Of a stretch of 64,000 bases of DNA, positions 14,098 to 27,441 are shown in pieces. The notes beneath the pieces are model-generated. The model was given only the letters and a program-made list of their open reading frames with translations. It was not told the origin of the DNA and ran no database searches. Position numbers and translations under genes: made by a program. Positions within the stretch are counted from its first letter, which is position 1. Each line of letters opens with the position of its first letter. Origin of the DNA: Rhizophagus irregularis (lineage: Eukaryota); the NCBI RefSeq assembly GCF_026210795.1, contig NC_089434.1, positions 5,146,001 to 5,210,000 of the forward strand, in the 5' to 3' direction.

Positions 14098-14492
14098 AGT
14101 GTATTCAATGTTAAATAAATTAATTAAAGATGATTGCATTAGAACTAAAAAATTTAGGCAAGATCGTAAAAATAAACTCAAAGAAATCAAAAAAAAATAT
14201 GTGTGTATTCAATGTTAAATAAATTAATTAAAGATGATTGCATTAGAACTAGACAAGATCGTAAAAATAAACTCAAAGAAATCAAAAAAAAATTATGTGT
14301 GTATTCATTGTTAAATAAATTAATTAAGGATGATTGCATTAGAACTAAAAAATTTAGACAAGATCGTAAAAATAAACTCAAAGAAATCAAAAAAAAATTA
14401 TGTGTGTATTCAATGTTAAATAAATTAATTAAGGATGATTGCATTAGAACTAAAAAATTTAGACAAGATCGTAAAAATAAACTCAAAGAAAT
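14098..14492. repeat. ~100-bp tandem repeat (4 units) upstream of the Myb-like gene
   Basis: gtgtattcaatgttaaataaattaattaaagatgattgcattagaact...aaactcaaagaaatc repeated four times. Also present in copy 2 (~50848-51242). Confidence 0.9.
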
Positions 14493-14562
14493 CATAATAA
14501 ATTTATTATAAATATAGAGCCTTTTCTTGACATTTTCCCCATCAAACTAATAATATTTAATA

Positions 14563-15189
14563 ATGGCAGCATTAAACTTAAACGCAAATCTTTCAGTATA
14601 CATTCAATGGCCCGATGACGCTGCTTTGACCTTAATTCAGCGTCGTCGGGCCTATCAGCCCTTATTCACCACAACGAGATTACATGACCAAAACCAATTA
14701 TGGCGTGGAATTGCTCGTGATATATGAAACAACCACATATTTAGGCCAACTAGAAAACAATGTAGAGAGAAATGGAATGCGCTAAAGTCGAGGTACGAGA
14801 ATTTAGAGAGATTAATAAACAGAAATCCTGAAGGATATCCCACTCGTACCCCGACTTTGCATGACGAGAGATTCCACCAGGAACTCTCTGACGAGTTTTG
14901 GAAAGTGGAGCGTAAGTATTTATTATTTAACTGATTTTTTCATTAATTCATTGCATTTATATTAATACTTGCTTTGTTTTAAGCATTAGTTTGGGCCGCC
15001 CGGAGAAATAGGATGGATCGTAGGACATACGAGTATAGAGAGCGCAGGCGCTCTCGCTCCCGATCCCCCTACTACCACCAAGAGCGCAGGCGCTCTCGTT
15101 CTCGATCTCCTCACCACCGAGAGCGCAGGCGCTCTCGTTCTCGATCTCCCTACCACCGAGAGCGCGGGCGCTCTCACCGACGTTATTGA
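14563..15189 (+). pseudogene. Myb/SANT-like (trihelix) protein with an RS-rich C terminus; premature stop in this copy
   Basis: W.DDAALTLI...LWRGIA...QCREKWNALK..Y trihelix pattern. Intron ~14912-14983, then exon 2 RERRRSRSRSP x3. The TGA at ~14725 is CGA in copy 2. Confidence 0.8.
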
Positions 15190-15620
15190 TTTTTTATTTT
15201 TTATTTTATTATTTTAATATATTTTATTTTATTTTAATATTATGTTTTATTTTATTTTATTATTATATGTTTTATTTTATTATATGTTTTATTTTATTTA
15301 ATTATTATTATGTTTATATTATTATATGTTTTATTTTATTTTATTATTATGTTTTATATTATTATATATTTTATTTTATTTTCATTCAATAAATGACTAT
15401 TTTCGATAATATTATTTGTCATACCAATTGTCATTAACCATATACAGCCGGTATAATTGACCCTAAATTTTATGTAGCCAAATCGGCAGTAATTTAACCG
15501 AATTGATTACTTAATTGCATTTTTTTTTTTGCCGACACACTAATAGTATTTAATAAATTTAGTTCTAATTGAATTTATAAAATTCTAATTAAATTTGAAT
15601 TATTTTAAATTGTTATAAAG

Positions 15621-18600
15621 ATGAGAAGACGATATAGTCACAACAAGCCAATAGAGCCAATTCGAATTCGAAATCGGTTTTCTTACAGCAAACCTAATGA
15701 GACAACAGATTCTGACGAGAGAGTGGCAATTCGTTCGCCTGTACGTTCACCTGATAATGATAATGATGACATGGACTTTCAGTATGATCATAAAGATGAT
15801 TTAAGTTTTCAAGACATTAATGATGACGATAATGCATATGGATCAATTAATCCTCAAGACTACAATGATGAGATGATATTTTCGCAAGATAATGTCAATT
15901 CATCTGATACTGAAGAGGAAGAAGAAAGTGATAACGAATACAATTATGAAGAGGAGGAAGAGGAGGAAGATAATAATGAAAACAATGACGAAGAGGAGGA
16001 GGATGAAGGTAATAATGATGATAATAATAATCAAGTGGAAGAGGAACGTAATAACGATGAAGAGGAACGTAATAACGAAGAGGAAGAAATACATCAAATC
16101 GTTGAAGCGTTAGATGAAGACAAGATACCGTTCTGCAATGGTCAATTTGCACCGTACTTTGATAATTATACAACTACGCCATTATTTTGCTGGCTTCAGA
16201 AACATAATGTTTCTACGAAAGCATATGAAGATCTTGTCGATATCATTCACAATTCTCAATTTGAACCTACCCATGTGGTAAAAAATATCTGAAGATTCCA
16301 ATCATGGAGAAAACGTCTTCCTCTCCTACCAATAATAACAAAGTCTATTAAAATTTCACCAAAAAAAACTCCATCAACCTCACGAGGATCAAAACCTTCG
16401 TATCAACTCTCAATTAGTGAAATTATATGGCGTGTTCTTAATAATCCGATGCTAATGAAGCATATGTATTTTGGACCCAGCATTAATTCTGAAGAAAAAT
16501 CAGAATTTTGGCATGGAAATTTATGGGGAATCCCCACTTTTTTGGACAACACGAAATATTAATATCAGAAGGTTATAAATTAATACACTTTGATACAATT
16601 ATAATTTATTATCATTGATAATATTTATTAAAGTTATTTATTTTTAATAAATAGTATTGTACCGATCTGGTGATTTTGTTTACTATCATGATGATAATGG
16701 TCAAAAAAAACTTGGAAGATTAAGATCAATTTTAAAAAATCATGATGGATATTATCAGTTACGAATTCAAAAAATTTTGGAATATAGTGATTTACCCGGA
16801 AATTTAAAAGGGTTACCAAGACAACGTCGTTTTATTACCGGTGAAGTATGGTTACAAGACGAACGATTTTTAATTATAATGACTTCTCAAATTTTAGAAA
16901 AAGTAACTATATTGATGATGTTTCAACATCAAAATATTCCTGATGGTTCATTGCGGATTAGTGAAATAATTTATAAATGTAATGACCGTTGGCACGTTCG
17001 TAATGTAAAGCTTTCATACCTACATCCATCTGATTACATTTCTATTAGAAATCCACCATCATCATCTATGCCAATCTATAAGCTGTTTTTAGATCTTTAT
17101 TATGATGATTTTGGTACATTTAGAAATGTATACCATTCTCTAGGTGGTGTTTATGTACAGTTTGGAAATATGCCAGCACATCAAAGAAGCTAATAAAGAA
17201 CCATTTTGTTATTGGGTTTATCATTTGGAGGAAAATTTGCGAATTTATGATACCATTCATTTCAGAAATGAAGGAATTAGAGAAAGGAAAGGTGATGACT
17301 GTCCAAGGACAAGATGCATGGATAATTGCTGGTTTAGGCGTTGTTACGGCAGATTTACCTCAAGGTAACGATATGACAGGAGTACTAAGGTATTTTTTCA
17401 ACTTAGCTTAATAATATAATAATATAATTTTATGACAACTATTAAAATTTTTTAAAAAATAAATTTAGACATAATGCAAATAAGGGTTGTCGTACTTGTA
17501 AAACTACTAAAGAATCATTGAGTGCTTCACAATCAGGATATCGTAACAACATTACGTTATCATCATATTACAGACGAAGAAATCTTAAAAATTTCTACGA
17601 GACTATAATGTCGAAGAGATCAACTTTGTACGGAATATGGTTTACGATCATTACCTAGTATTTTAGATAAATTAAAAAGGGAAAGACATTTACAGACGCC
17701 GCAGGATGTTTATCATGCGACTGCAGGAAAGATTGGGCGGCTACTAAAATTAACTTGTGAATTATTTTCACGAGAAGGAGAAGATAATTTTATCGAAATT
17801 TGGAAAAATTTTGAAATTCCAAAAAGATGGTCTCGCTTACCAAATCCGATTACTCACTACAATAGTTTTATGATGTCGGATTTACTTAGATTAGCTATGA
17901 TTATGCCATTTTTGTTAAACCAGTTTTTAAAAGAATCAAGTATCAAACGTAATGAAACAGCCATGATTCAACAAAGAATTGATGCATTTCGAGTTAGTTC
18001 AGTTCCAAAAATTATTATATCTTGTTGGATACATGTTGCAAAAACTATGAAAGCGGTTTTTAACAAGAAATTTACATCAGATAGCTATGAGGAATTGCAA
18101 CAATGTCTTGAAGAAGAGTTTTCAATCCTTCTAAAGGTATAGTTACAAATTTGATATTGAAATGTGGAATAATTTCAAATAATTAACAATATTTTACTTT
18201 TTATAGGTTTTTGTAAATTTTGTTAATTTACCAAACATACACGTTAATATGCATCTTTTGATGCATGCTAAAACCTTTGGAACACTTATTAATACCCAAG
18301 TTGGTATAAAAGAAATGGTCCATCGTATTTTTAAGGTGATGGTACCAAAAACTAATTGCAAAAACATAGATTTAGATTTATTAAAGCGTTACAATACTTT
18401 ATTTGCAATTCGACATTTAGCAGATGGTGGTATTGATCCAAGATTTAATAGATCTTGTACTGGATTTACAAATTCAAATTTTGGACAATTATTTTTAAAT
18501 TGGTATGTTACAGAAGATAAATATTCAACTGAAGCAACTGAACAAGTTCAAGACGATGATGATGATACAAAAAGTAAGTATTTTATTGCATATAATAGTA

Positions 18601-19211
18601 CATGTTTGATATTTATATTTACTAATCTTTTAATTTAGTTATATCTCCAGTAAACTTTATTTCCAATATTTCATTAAAAAAAAGAATGCCAAAGCAGGAA
18701 CGTGATAAACTTCTTTTTAACTTTACATAATTTTAAAACTGAATTGTTTTTATCTTATGTGGATATGAAGTTTGAGGCGGCACTTATAAACTCTTCAATT
18801 AGTTGGTACAAATTTGCATCATATATGATTGAAAAAGAAAATGGTATCCTTTCAAAAGTTCACCTACATCTCGATGATTTTATCGCAATTTATGAAGAAG
18901 ATCATGAAGAATCTTATGCAATAATCAAAGGTATCTTTCAACATAAGGGTAACAATAACAAATATTATGCATTTATTGTTGTAGATTGGTTTGAAGATAC
19001 TATGGTTGAACATTCAGTATTAAAATGTCCACTTTACCGTCTCCAAGCAACAGGAGATAAATGGAGACGTATTTTTCCAATTACTGTAATAGATAATGTT
19101 CAAAAAGTACATTTTATTCATAATTGTAATTCAGAAAGGTGCCAACTACCAAATCATGATACTACAAATAGAATTTGGATAAAAAATAATTTTTATTTTA
19201 CAGCCATATAA
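15621..19211 (+). pseudogene. CMC/Plavaka-like transposase, multi-exon, with stops and frameshifts
   Basis: Acidic N terminus, then EFWHGNLW, LDLYYDDFGTFRNVYHSLGGVY..GNMP, ADLPQGNDMTG..RHNANKGCRTC, QDVYH, LPNIHVNMHL..HAKTFG...KEMVH. The motif order parallels CACTA/Plavaka transposases. Confidence 0.8.
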
Positions 19212-20519
19212 TTATATTAATTATATAAATATAATAAAATAATTATTTTAATTTGTATCGTATAAAATTTTAACCAATAAAATCATATGCATGATGTAAT
19301 AATAAATTAAAATTAACCAATTAAAATCACTTTAATTACATGCATGTGATATCATGCATGTGATATCTAAAAATAGCTAAAATTCGCGTTTATTAATGAG
19401 ATTTTTTTTGTTTATTTTCAAAAATACGCTTTTCTCTTGTCTTTTATATTAATACTTTACGGTATTTTAGTTCGTCTCTTTTTAAAGTATACTTTAATTA
19501 TCTTTTTACAATATTAACAATACTTTGGGACACTTTAGTTTATATATTCAACATAGTAAGACACCCACATACGAAAAGCAAGAATAAAAGCAAGAATAAA
19601 GAAAAGAAAATGTACCCGCCACTCACATACGAAAGAAAAGAATAAAAGAAAGGAAAAATGTACCCACCTACCCACATACAAAAGAGAAAAAAAGCCGTTT
19701 TTTAAATAAATAGTGGAGCTGTTAAGCAAGGTATGAAAATAGGATATACGCGTATTTTTCATATTTTTTTTACAATATGTTGTGGTTTGAGTATTTTTTT
19801 GTTAGACTGTGGTATAAATGTGAATATATTTTTCAACGGCCATGTATCTATTGCTTGTTAAATATATTTGCAATTTCTTTGTTAGACTGTGGTATTACAA
19901 TATGAAGTGTGAATATATTTTTCAACGGCCATGTATCTATTGCTTGTTAAATATATTTGCAATTTCTTTTGTAATATTTGCTTTAGCCTGGAAGAAAATG
20001 TTGTAAAATAGGGCTGGATATTTATGGCATTTTCCGCCTTCCAATTACTTTGTCCGGGGGTAGCCTGACAATTTGTCGTTGTCCGTCAGTCGTAGCAACC
20101 AGCATTTTTTTACAATATTATGATTTTAAGAAACAAAACACTTTCAAAAAAATTTAAAGAAAGAACTAACTTAAAAATATTATCATTTTTATTATTCTTT
20201 ACAAAATCCCGGAATTACCTGCTCTAACTATTATCCCAAGGTTATGTATTAAATTTTAAATATATTTTACAAAGAGTACATTTTATTAATCATGATTGTT
20301 TTTTTTATTTTTTATATATATATATATATATATTTTAAAATTGAAAATGACGTATCCATCCACTCACATACGAGAAGAAAAGAATAAAAAAGAGAAGAAA
20401 AGAATAAAAAAAAAGGAAGAAAAGAAACGTACTCCACTCACCCATAATAATCCACTAATAAAAAATTATTATTATTAATGTATAATAAATAATAAACATA
20501 TATTACAATAAAAATATTT

Positions 20520-21530
20520 TTGTGATGTTAATTCGGTGTTAATATAATATCATTACGATGTAGTTACGATATTAAATAAATGTAAAACATTTTTTGTAAT
20601 ATTAATTCGATATTAATATGATATTATTATGATGTAGTTACGATATCAAATAAAATTGTAATATTAATTCAATGTTAATACGACATCACTACGATGTGGC
20701 TACGATATCAAATAGATGTAAAATATTTTTAATATTTTTGCAATATTAATTCGATGTTAATATGATATCACTACGATATGGCTACGATGTGGTTACGATA
20801 TCAAATAAAATGTCAAATATTTTGCAATATTAATTCGATGTTAATATGATATCACTACGATGTGGTTACGATATCAAATAAAATGTCAAATATTTTGTAA
20901 TATTAATTCAATATTAATACGACATCACTACGATGTGGTTACGATATCAAATAGATAAAATATTTTTGAATATTAATTCGATGTTAATATGATATCAATA
21001 CGATGTGATTACGATATCAAATAAAATGTCAAATATTTTGTAATATTAATTCAATGTTAATACGACATCACTACGATGTGGTTACGATATCAAATAGATG
21101 TAAAATATTTTTGCAATATTAATTCGATGTTAATATGATATCACTACGATGTGGTTACGATATCAAATAAAATGTCAAATATTTTGTAATATTAATTCAA
21201 TGTTAATACGACATGGTTACGATATCAAATAAATGTCAAATATTTTTGTAATATTAATTCAATGTTAATACGACATGGTTACGATATCAAATAAATGTCA
21301 AATATTTTTGTAATATTAATTCAATGTTAATACGACATCACTACGATGTGATTACGTGATAATATTTACATCGCATAATGATCGCTGCGATATCGCAGAG
21401 ATATCGAACTAATCAATGTCGAATAAATATAGTTACGACTAACTTAACGACGTCGAATCTATTTTTTATCAAAATATCGTAATGATATCGTAATGATATC
21501 ATTGCAATATCTAATCAATATCGATTGTAA
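20520..21530. repeat. Right subterminal array (~60-bp units)
   Basis: aatattaattcgatgttaatatgatatcactacgatgtggttacgatatcaaataaaatgtc repeated more than 10 times up to the TIR. Mirrored at ~39650-40450. Confidence 0.9.
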
Positions 21531-21549
21531 ACTCCAAGTTTCAGCAAAG

Positions 21550-21864
21550 TCAGACAAAGGACTTTGTTATGGACAGGTATTTTTCCAATTTATGTAATAA
21601 TTTATTATAAAAGTATTAATAAATATTTATTATTTATAGGCCTTATTGTTAGCAGAAGTATTAACAGACCCACCGCTAAATCTCGCATTAATTCAATGGT
21701 ACGATTTTAAATCTAAAAGGAACCCATATTTATATGGATGTCCTCACTTAAAATTGATAGAATTATATAACTTTGTAGCTATAGAGTCTATACATGGTGT
21801 CGTTCACATAGTACCCCGATTTGATAAATAAAATGAATATTTCGTAAATAAATATATTTTTTAG
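21550..21864 (+). pseudogene. C-terminal fragment of a Plavaka-like transposase
   Basis: SDKGLCYGQ, intron, then ALLLAEV...LALIQWYDF...YGCPHL..YNFVAIESIHGVVHIVPRF..NEYFVNKYIF*. Confidence 0.7.
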
Positions 21865-22675
21865 TCACTTGATATAGGAGTTTTGATTTATTTTAATAAA
21901 ATTGTATCCTTAAAAGAATTTATGGTCACGTTTTCCATATCATAAATAAAATGCAGATTTATTTATTTAATTATTAACAACACGGGCGTGACATAAATAA
22001 ATCGTGACTGAAATTTGTGTTCAATTTGTGTTGATAATTCTGGTAAAAAATTTGTTAATTTTGGCCAAATTTCGTTAAATTTGTTAAATTTGTGTTGAGT
22101 TTGTGTTGAATTTGTGTTGCGTAATTTTTTATTTATCACAAGGGGATGATATTTAGTAATTGCATGTACGACGTACAAGATTTTTTTTATGATTTTTTTA
22201 AGAAATGTACGCAAAATATTTAATCAGAATATAATTGTTTTATTTTTAAATATGATATATTGATGATTTTTTTTTAAAAATTCAATAGAATGTGCTAATA
22301 ATAAATTGTTTTATTTTTAAATATAATATATTGATATTTATATTTAAATAACCAAAACATGTACATGATTTAATTATTTTTAATTGAAATCAAACTAAGA
22401 TTTTTTTTTTTAAAAAAAAAATTAAAATAAATTAAGTGATTTATATCTATATTTAGAATCATGATATTTATATTTAGATAATCCATATCCGCATGAGATT
22501 TAATTAATATGTTTAATGATGAAAAGTCTAATAAATTAAATTTTAATTGAAACGAGAAATAAAATCAAACCAAAGAGGTATTGTTCAAATTTTATTTAAA
22601 GTGACATTTTACGACTTTCTTTCAAATTTTTACTCATCCCAAAATCAAATTATAAAAATAAAATCAAATCTAATA

Positions 22676-23400
22676 ATGCCTTGCCAAACACGTCGTCGTT
22701 CCTATAACGTCCATTGGAACTGGGCTATGATGGACGAACTTGTCGACATACGCCGCGACAGAAACCGCGCCTACCATAATATTAATGGTAGAAGCCGCCA
22801 TGATTTTTGGGACTCTGTTGCCAATAGGTTCATATGACTAATATCTATAATTTTCTTTAAGAAAGAATTTAAATTCAAATTAACCAATCCATTTAATTGA
22901 ATCAGAATAAATAGAATATTTCGAACGAGGGTTTCCGGGTAACAGTGCAGCCAAAAGTGGAGGAACCTCGTCAGGGATTACCATGTAAGTAAATAAATAA
23001 AATTACATTCATTTAAATTAAATGTATTTACCGAATATTCAAACTGATTTTGATATTTAGAACTATGTCCTTTATCGTAATGGTACCCCTGATCGGCCTG
23101 GGCGGCGGCTGTGGACGCGTACCGGCCAAAGATATTATCGCGAATTTAGAACGAGATTTTGGGAGAGGCCGGGTAATTATACTATAATAAAATTTTATAA
23201 TTAATATTACATTCTATTTTACGTTCACATTTTAAATTTGATAAATTTGATCAATTTTAGATACGCGTGATGATCGTAGGAGAAGGAGAAACTTACCTAC
23301 GTATCGTAAGATAATTATTTTTATTTTTTTATTTATTAAGTCGAGAGCGTAGCCCAGTCCGTACCAAATATCGGCTGGAGACTCACGTTTTTTTTGGGCT
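22676..23400 (+). pseudogene. Myb/SANT-like (trihelix) gene, multi-exon, Arg-rich tail
   Basis: W.WAMMDELV...FWDSVANR, intron, then INRIFRT.VSG*QCSQKWRNLVRDYH, with later exons including RRRRR and RERSP. Confidence 0.75.
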
Positions 23401-23682
23401 GTGACTGATACTGACGTCCACGCCGTACAGCCTGGGTACTATTTTATAAAATAGTAGCGAACAAGTATCAAATGTATATTTTTTTATTAAGTTATAATAA
23501 AAATTAGAATTTACTTTAATTTTTAACATAAAAATTGTAAATAATAAAAAATTCGTAAATAAAAATAAATTTGCTTTCCCAAACTTAAAAAAAAAGGTGT
23601 TTATATAAAAGAAAAGGTGTTTATATTATTTTTGATTATTCAATAGTATCACATGCCCTTGTATACGTTCTACTGCATACGC

Positions 23683-24060
23683 AGTTTACAATCTCGTAAA
23701 TTTTCGAAACGGAATATTACGCAGGTTTACAGTCTCGTAAATTTTCGAAATATTTCAACCGTAATATTACGCAGGTTTACAGTCTCGTAAATTTTCGAAA
23801 TATTTCAACCGTAATATTACGCAGGTTTACAGTTTCGTAAATTTTCGAAATATTTTAACCGTAATATTACGCAGATTTACAGTCTCGTAAATTTTCGAAA
23901 TATTTCAACCGTAATATTACGCAGGTTTACAGTTTCGTAAATTTTCGAAATATTTCAACCGTAATATTACGCAGGTTTACAGTTTCGTAAATTTTCGAAA
24001 TATTTCAACCGTAATATTACGCAGGTTTACAGTTTCGTAAATTTGCAGAATATTTTGACC
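23683..24060. repeat. 50-bp tandem array (~7 units), subterminal
   Basis: gtaatattacgcaggtttacagtctcgtaaattttcgaaatatttcaacc repeated without spacers. Confidence 0.95.
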
Positions 24061-24248
24061 GTAATATTGCGTAAATCTTACGATATTGTAAACTTACGTA
24101 ATATTTTAACCGTAATATCACATAAATCTTACGAAATTGTAAACTTACGTAATATTTTGAAATTTTTTGAAATATTATGCCATAAACTTTCATAAACTTA
24201 CAAAATCGTAAACTTACGCAATTTTTCGCGCTATAAAATTTCCTGATG

Positions 24249-26999
24249 TATCCACTACCCCAGAAATAGGCTCAGGTTTATCCATTACTTGGTCAGGTGG
24301 TTTGGAAGTCTTGGATGTGCCAGATGTTGAGGCGACCGGAGCACGTGTATCTTCTGCTACATAGTCGAAAAGAAGCTGGGTTGATTCGTCCTGATTACTG
24401 GCCTTCCTATCTTTACTGGTATTAGATAAAGGCGTGTTCTTTTTTGGCCGAGGCGGGATTACTTTCTGAGGAATAGTTTCTGGCACATTGAATATAGGTA
24501 TGTCTGTGGTCTCATTCTGGGATCCCTTGTTTGTGGGTATGTCATCTTGAAGTGTGTCAGAAAATTCTTCCATATCACCTAGGCCAGATTCACGGAGCTT
24601 GGCTACGATCTTGGAGCGGTCAAGTATATACTGATATACTCTTACTCCATTATCTCGTGAACGTATCCAATCAATACTAATTAGTGAAAATTTAGTTCCA
24701 GCATCCTTCTTAGCCAATGGCTTCTCTCCATTACACTCACACCATTCAAGATAATCCTGGTATACCTTTTTACAACTAAACCTATTAATACAATTTTCAG
24801 GCCAAGGTAGAATATAATCAATTATAAATCGAATAGGATTAGGAAGTTGTCTTCGCATTGTTTCTATCTTCATTTTGGTTATAGGAATTTTTCCTGGACT
24901 CCAATTTGTTAAGTTACGGCTAAGAAGGTATGACATTACTACTTCTGGTGCATCAGGATGGTCTAGAATTTCACCTAGCCGGTCAAAATATGGTATATTG
25001 CCTCTACAGCATGCAGAGACATCAAAACAGACTATACGAGAATCCCCTATATCTATTTTGAGCAGGGCATCCTGATTGCTTGTAACCATATACCCAGCAT
25101 AATCATTTATTCGTATAGTTTCAAGGCCTTTGTGTTCTATAGCTACCATTCGTTCTGTTATGAGTGATTTGAGATGCCCGTTAAATCTATGCCATTTCCC
25201 ATTAGATATCCCAGTCTCATTCATAACAATAAGCTTTTGAGCTTGGATGGCACTATTAAAACGCCCAAGAATTTTCTCCAGATCTGACGTTGCGAAATGG
25301 AAGTGTGACTCCAAGACTTTATCACCAATAAAATCAGTGATGATATTTTTCCCGCACTGTTATAATGTAGATTTAAGAACTAAGATAGTTCAGGGTTTCT
25401 TCTCTGGCTTCTGAACTAAATATGCCCACCAGTTCCAGATATATTCGTTAAGCCTTTTATCCCCACTACAGATTACGTTCTTCACATGCCAGAGAATCGG
25501 ATCCATAATTTCTTTATTAATTTCTGGCGCTGGCTTAGCCAAAAATCCTATGAAAAGATTAAAGAACTTTGTATCATAAGCTGGAGTATTTAGCAGATAT
25601 GGAAGAAAATTAATATTGTGGTAAAGGATTAGACCTTTGGTAACCGCCCGATCTATTAAATTAATTAACTTCACTGGCTCTCCTCCTAGCTCAACTAAGT
25701 TAACTTCATACTTGGCAAGATCTAGTTTTAGCGCCATAACAAAATAAAGCCCACCATTTGTATCCTCTGTCTTGAGTACCCATAATCTTGATGTTATTTG
25801 AATACAGGCAACTGTTGCCTGAATTGCATCATAAATCTCATTACGAGAAAATTTTCGCCCAGAGGTGCTCATATCAATTAAATCCCCCTATACGAAACGG
25901 TCATTTGGGTTAGAAATGCTGGATCGGTCTAGTTTTGTAGGACTTAGGAGCTTTTGTTCTCGATCCAAGGCAGTTTCACTAATAGTAAGCTTTTTCGAAG
26001 GTTTTCTAGAGCCAGGTTCCCTATCATTGTTTGCCCGGTAGCAGAAAAAGCTGTAGGATTTTTTATTTCGAATAATATATCCATGATCACTATCATGTTC
26101 TCAGTCACATATTGGGCAGTGCGATGGAGAAATGCGTGATAGTGGAAATTTGTTGGGAAAATTTTCAGATGGATATGAGAGACTATACCCTTCAATGCTA
26201 GCTTCTTGAAGTAATGTCTCTACTAGTTCGAATTCAGCTATAGTTGTCTCATTACTTATGCTAGCATATTTTACACTTTCCGTCTCTGGAACAGCCAAGA
26301 GAGGACTGTTGTCGATGACTTCTGATTCATCATTGGGCGGACGAATCATAAAATCAAAGATAGTTCCATCTTTTGGACAAATTGCTTTTTTACACGAATG
26401 TGTACCCCTGTTTTTTTCATTGTATTTAGGCGATCCAAGTATTCGCAAGGAAAATGATCCTTTATTTGCTATATTGTCTACAATACCTTTATCCTGTAAT
26501 CCTACTGGGAGTTTTTTACGAACAAGCTCAGTAAACACTGCAACCTGAGTTATACTTGAAAGTCTCATGCCGAAAGTTAAGACATGTAGAGATATTTTTT
26601 TCTCATTACTACTTTCGGCAATAGACATAGTATTTTTATCCCATTCTGGGAATATTTCTAGGCAAGTATCTCTGAAGGCACGACAAAGTATATTTTTTGC
26701 CTGACCGCCTGAAAGCTTAGGGGTAATAGCATTTAATGTTTCTATTAGTAAATCAAAGTCTATAACAGGATGAAGTGGCTCATCTCCATCAATAAATTCG
26801 TGTAAAGAATGTCCTTTACGATCAGAGAGTATGGCTTCTATTTCATCTGCATTATCCGCGCCTAGAAAATGCCTAGGTCTAATACTATCATCGCGGATTT
26901 TGTATAGGCATTGACCAATATTGGAGGCTTTGAATCCACAATAGTAGGGGGCGGGACGTCAGAGGAGAGGAACTCTGAAAGCTCGGAATGTTCGGTCAT
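24249..26999 (-). pseudogene. AEP primase + Zn finger + D5-like SF3 helicase (virus/Polinton-like)
   Basis: LHEFIDGDEPLHPVIDFD, KKISLH, FSLRILGSPK (AEP motifs), CPICDREH, FNLF.GF, W.AYLVQKPEKKP, QCGKN (Walker A), LIVMNE (Walker B) and MVTSN. ATG at 26999. Frameshifts and stops present. Confidence 0.85.
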
Positions 27000-27111
27000 A
27001 GTAAAAATATTCGGATATGTTATTTAGTATACCTGGGATTTGGTATATAATACCCTTGTAAAAAAGTTTAAAATAAAAATAAATATTATTATAGACAGTA
27101 AAAATTAACCG

Positions 27112-27441
27112 GAATAATATCAAATAGGAGCCGAATATATTTGCCAGTATCTCCCCGATGAAGGAATTGTTTGTGGAGGTGGAAATACGTGACCAGAAGG
27201 GTGTAGTATTCACTGGAAAAGATGCCAGCGATCTCTATGCAAACAAGATGGGTGTATAAGACCGACAGCATCAAAATATGGGTATTGTAATTGGCATGTA
27301 AGTAAATGCCATTCAAAAGCAAATTATCATCAAAAGAAGATGGATAAGATGTTTCGGGATGGGCAAACACCAGAAGCATTAGAACAGGCTCTTGATAAAA
27401 TGTTGCAACAAGTTAAGTTGTCCCTAGAAAGTTGTCCCTAG
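27112..27441 (+). pseudogene. Small Cys/His-rich putative Zn-finger protein divergent from the primase
   Basis: Manual translation ICQYLPDEGIVCGGGNT*PEGCSIHWKRCQRSLCKQDGCIRPTASKYGYCNWH... gives two C-C-C-H units. Absent from the ORF track because of the internal stop. Confidence 0.6.

Larger units (their letters stand above)
6737..21549 (+). mobile_element. Large CMC/CACTA (Plavaka-like) DNA transposon, copy 1
   Basis: Near-identical inverted copy at 39632-56868 defines both ends. Imperfect TIRs ctttacagaaaccttga / tccaagtttcagcaaag, long subterminal arrays, and transposase plus accessory genes. Confidence 0.9.
21550..24248 (+). mobile_element. 3' half of a second, different CMC/Plavaka-like transposon
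   Basis: Transposase C-terminal fragment, Myb-like gene and 50-bp subterminal array, ending at ...aaatttcctgatg where the primase-helicase ORF is cut. Confidence 0.7.

Noticed and set aside
14187..14511. ORFs on both strands with repeated peptides (also 50829-51219)
   Set aside because: By-product of the ~100-bp tandem repeat; no domain is evident.
15186..15392. F/Y/I-rich membrane-like ORFs (also 50000-50200, 40533-40790)
   Set aside because: Low-complexity AT repeats.
23683..24060. CRISPR-like regular repeats
   Set aside because: Head-to-tail 50-bp units with no unique spacers, no cas genes and a eukaryotic context. They are subterminal transposon repeats.
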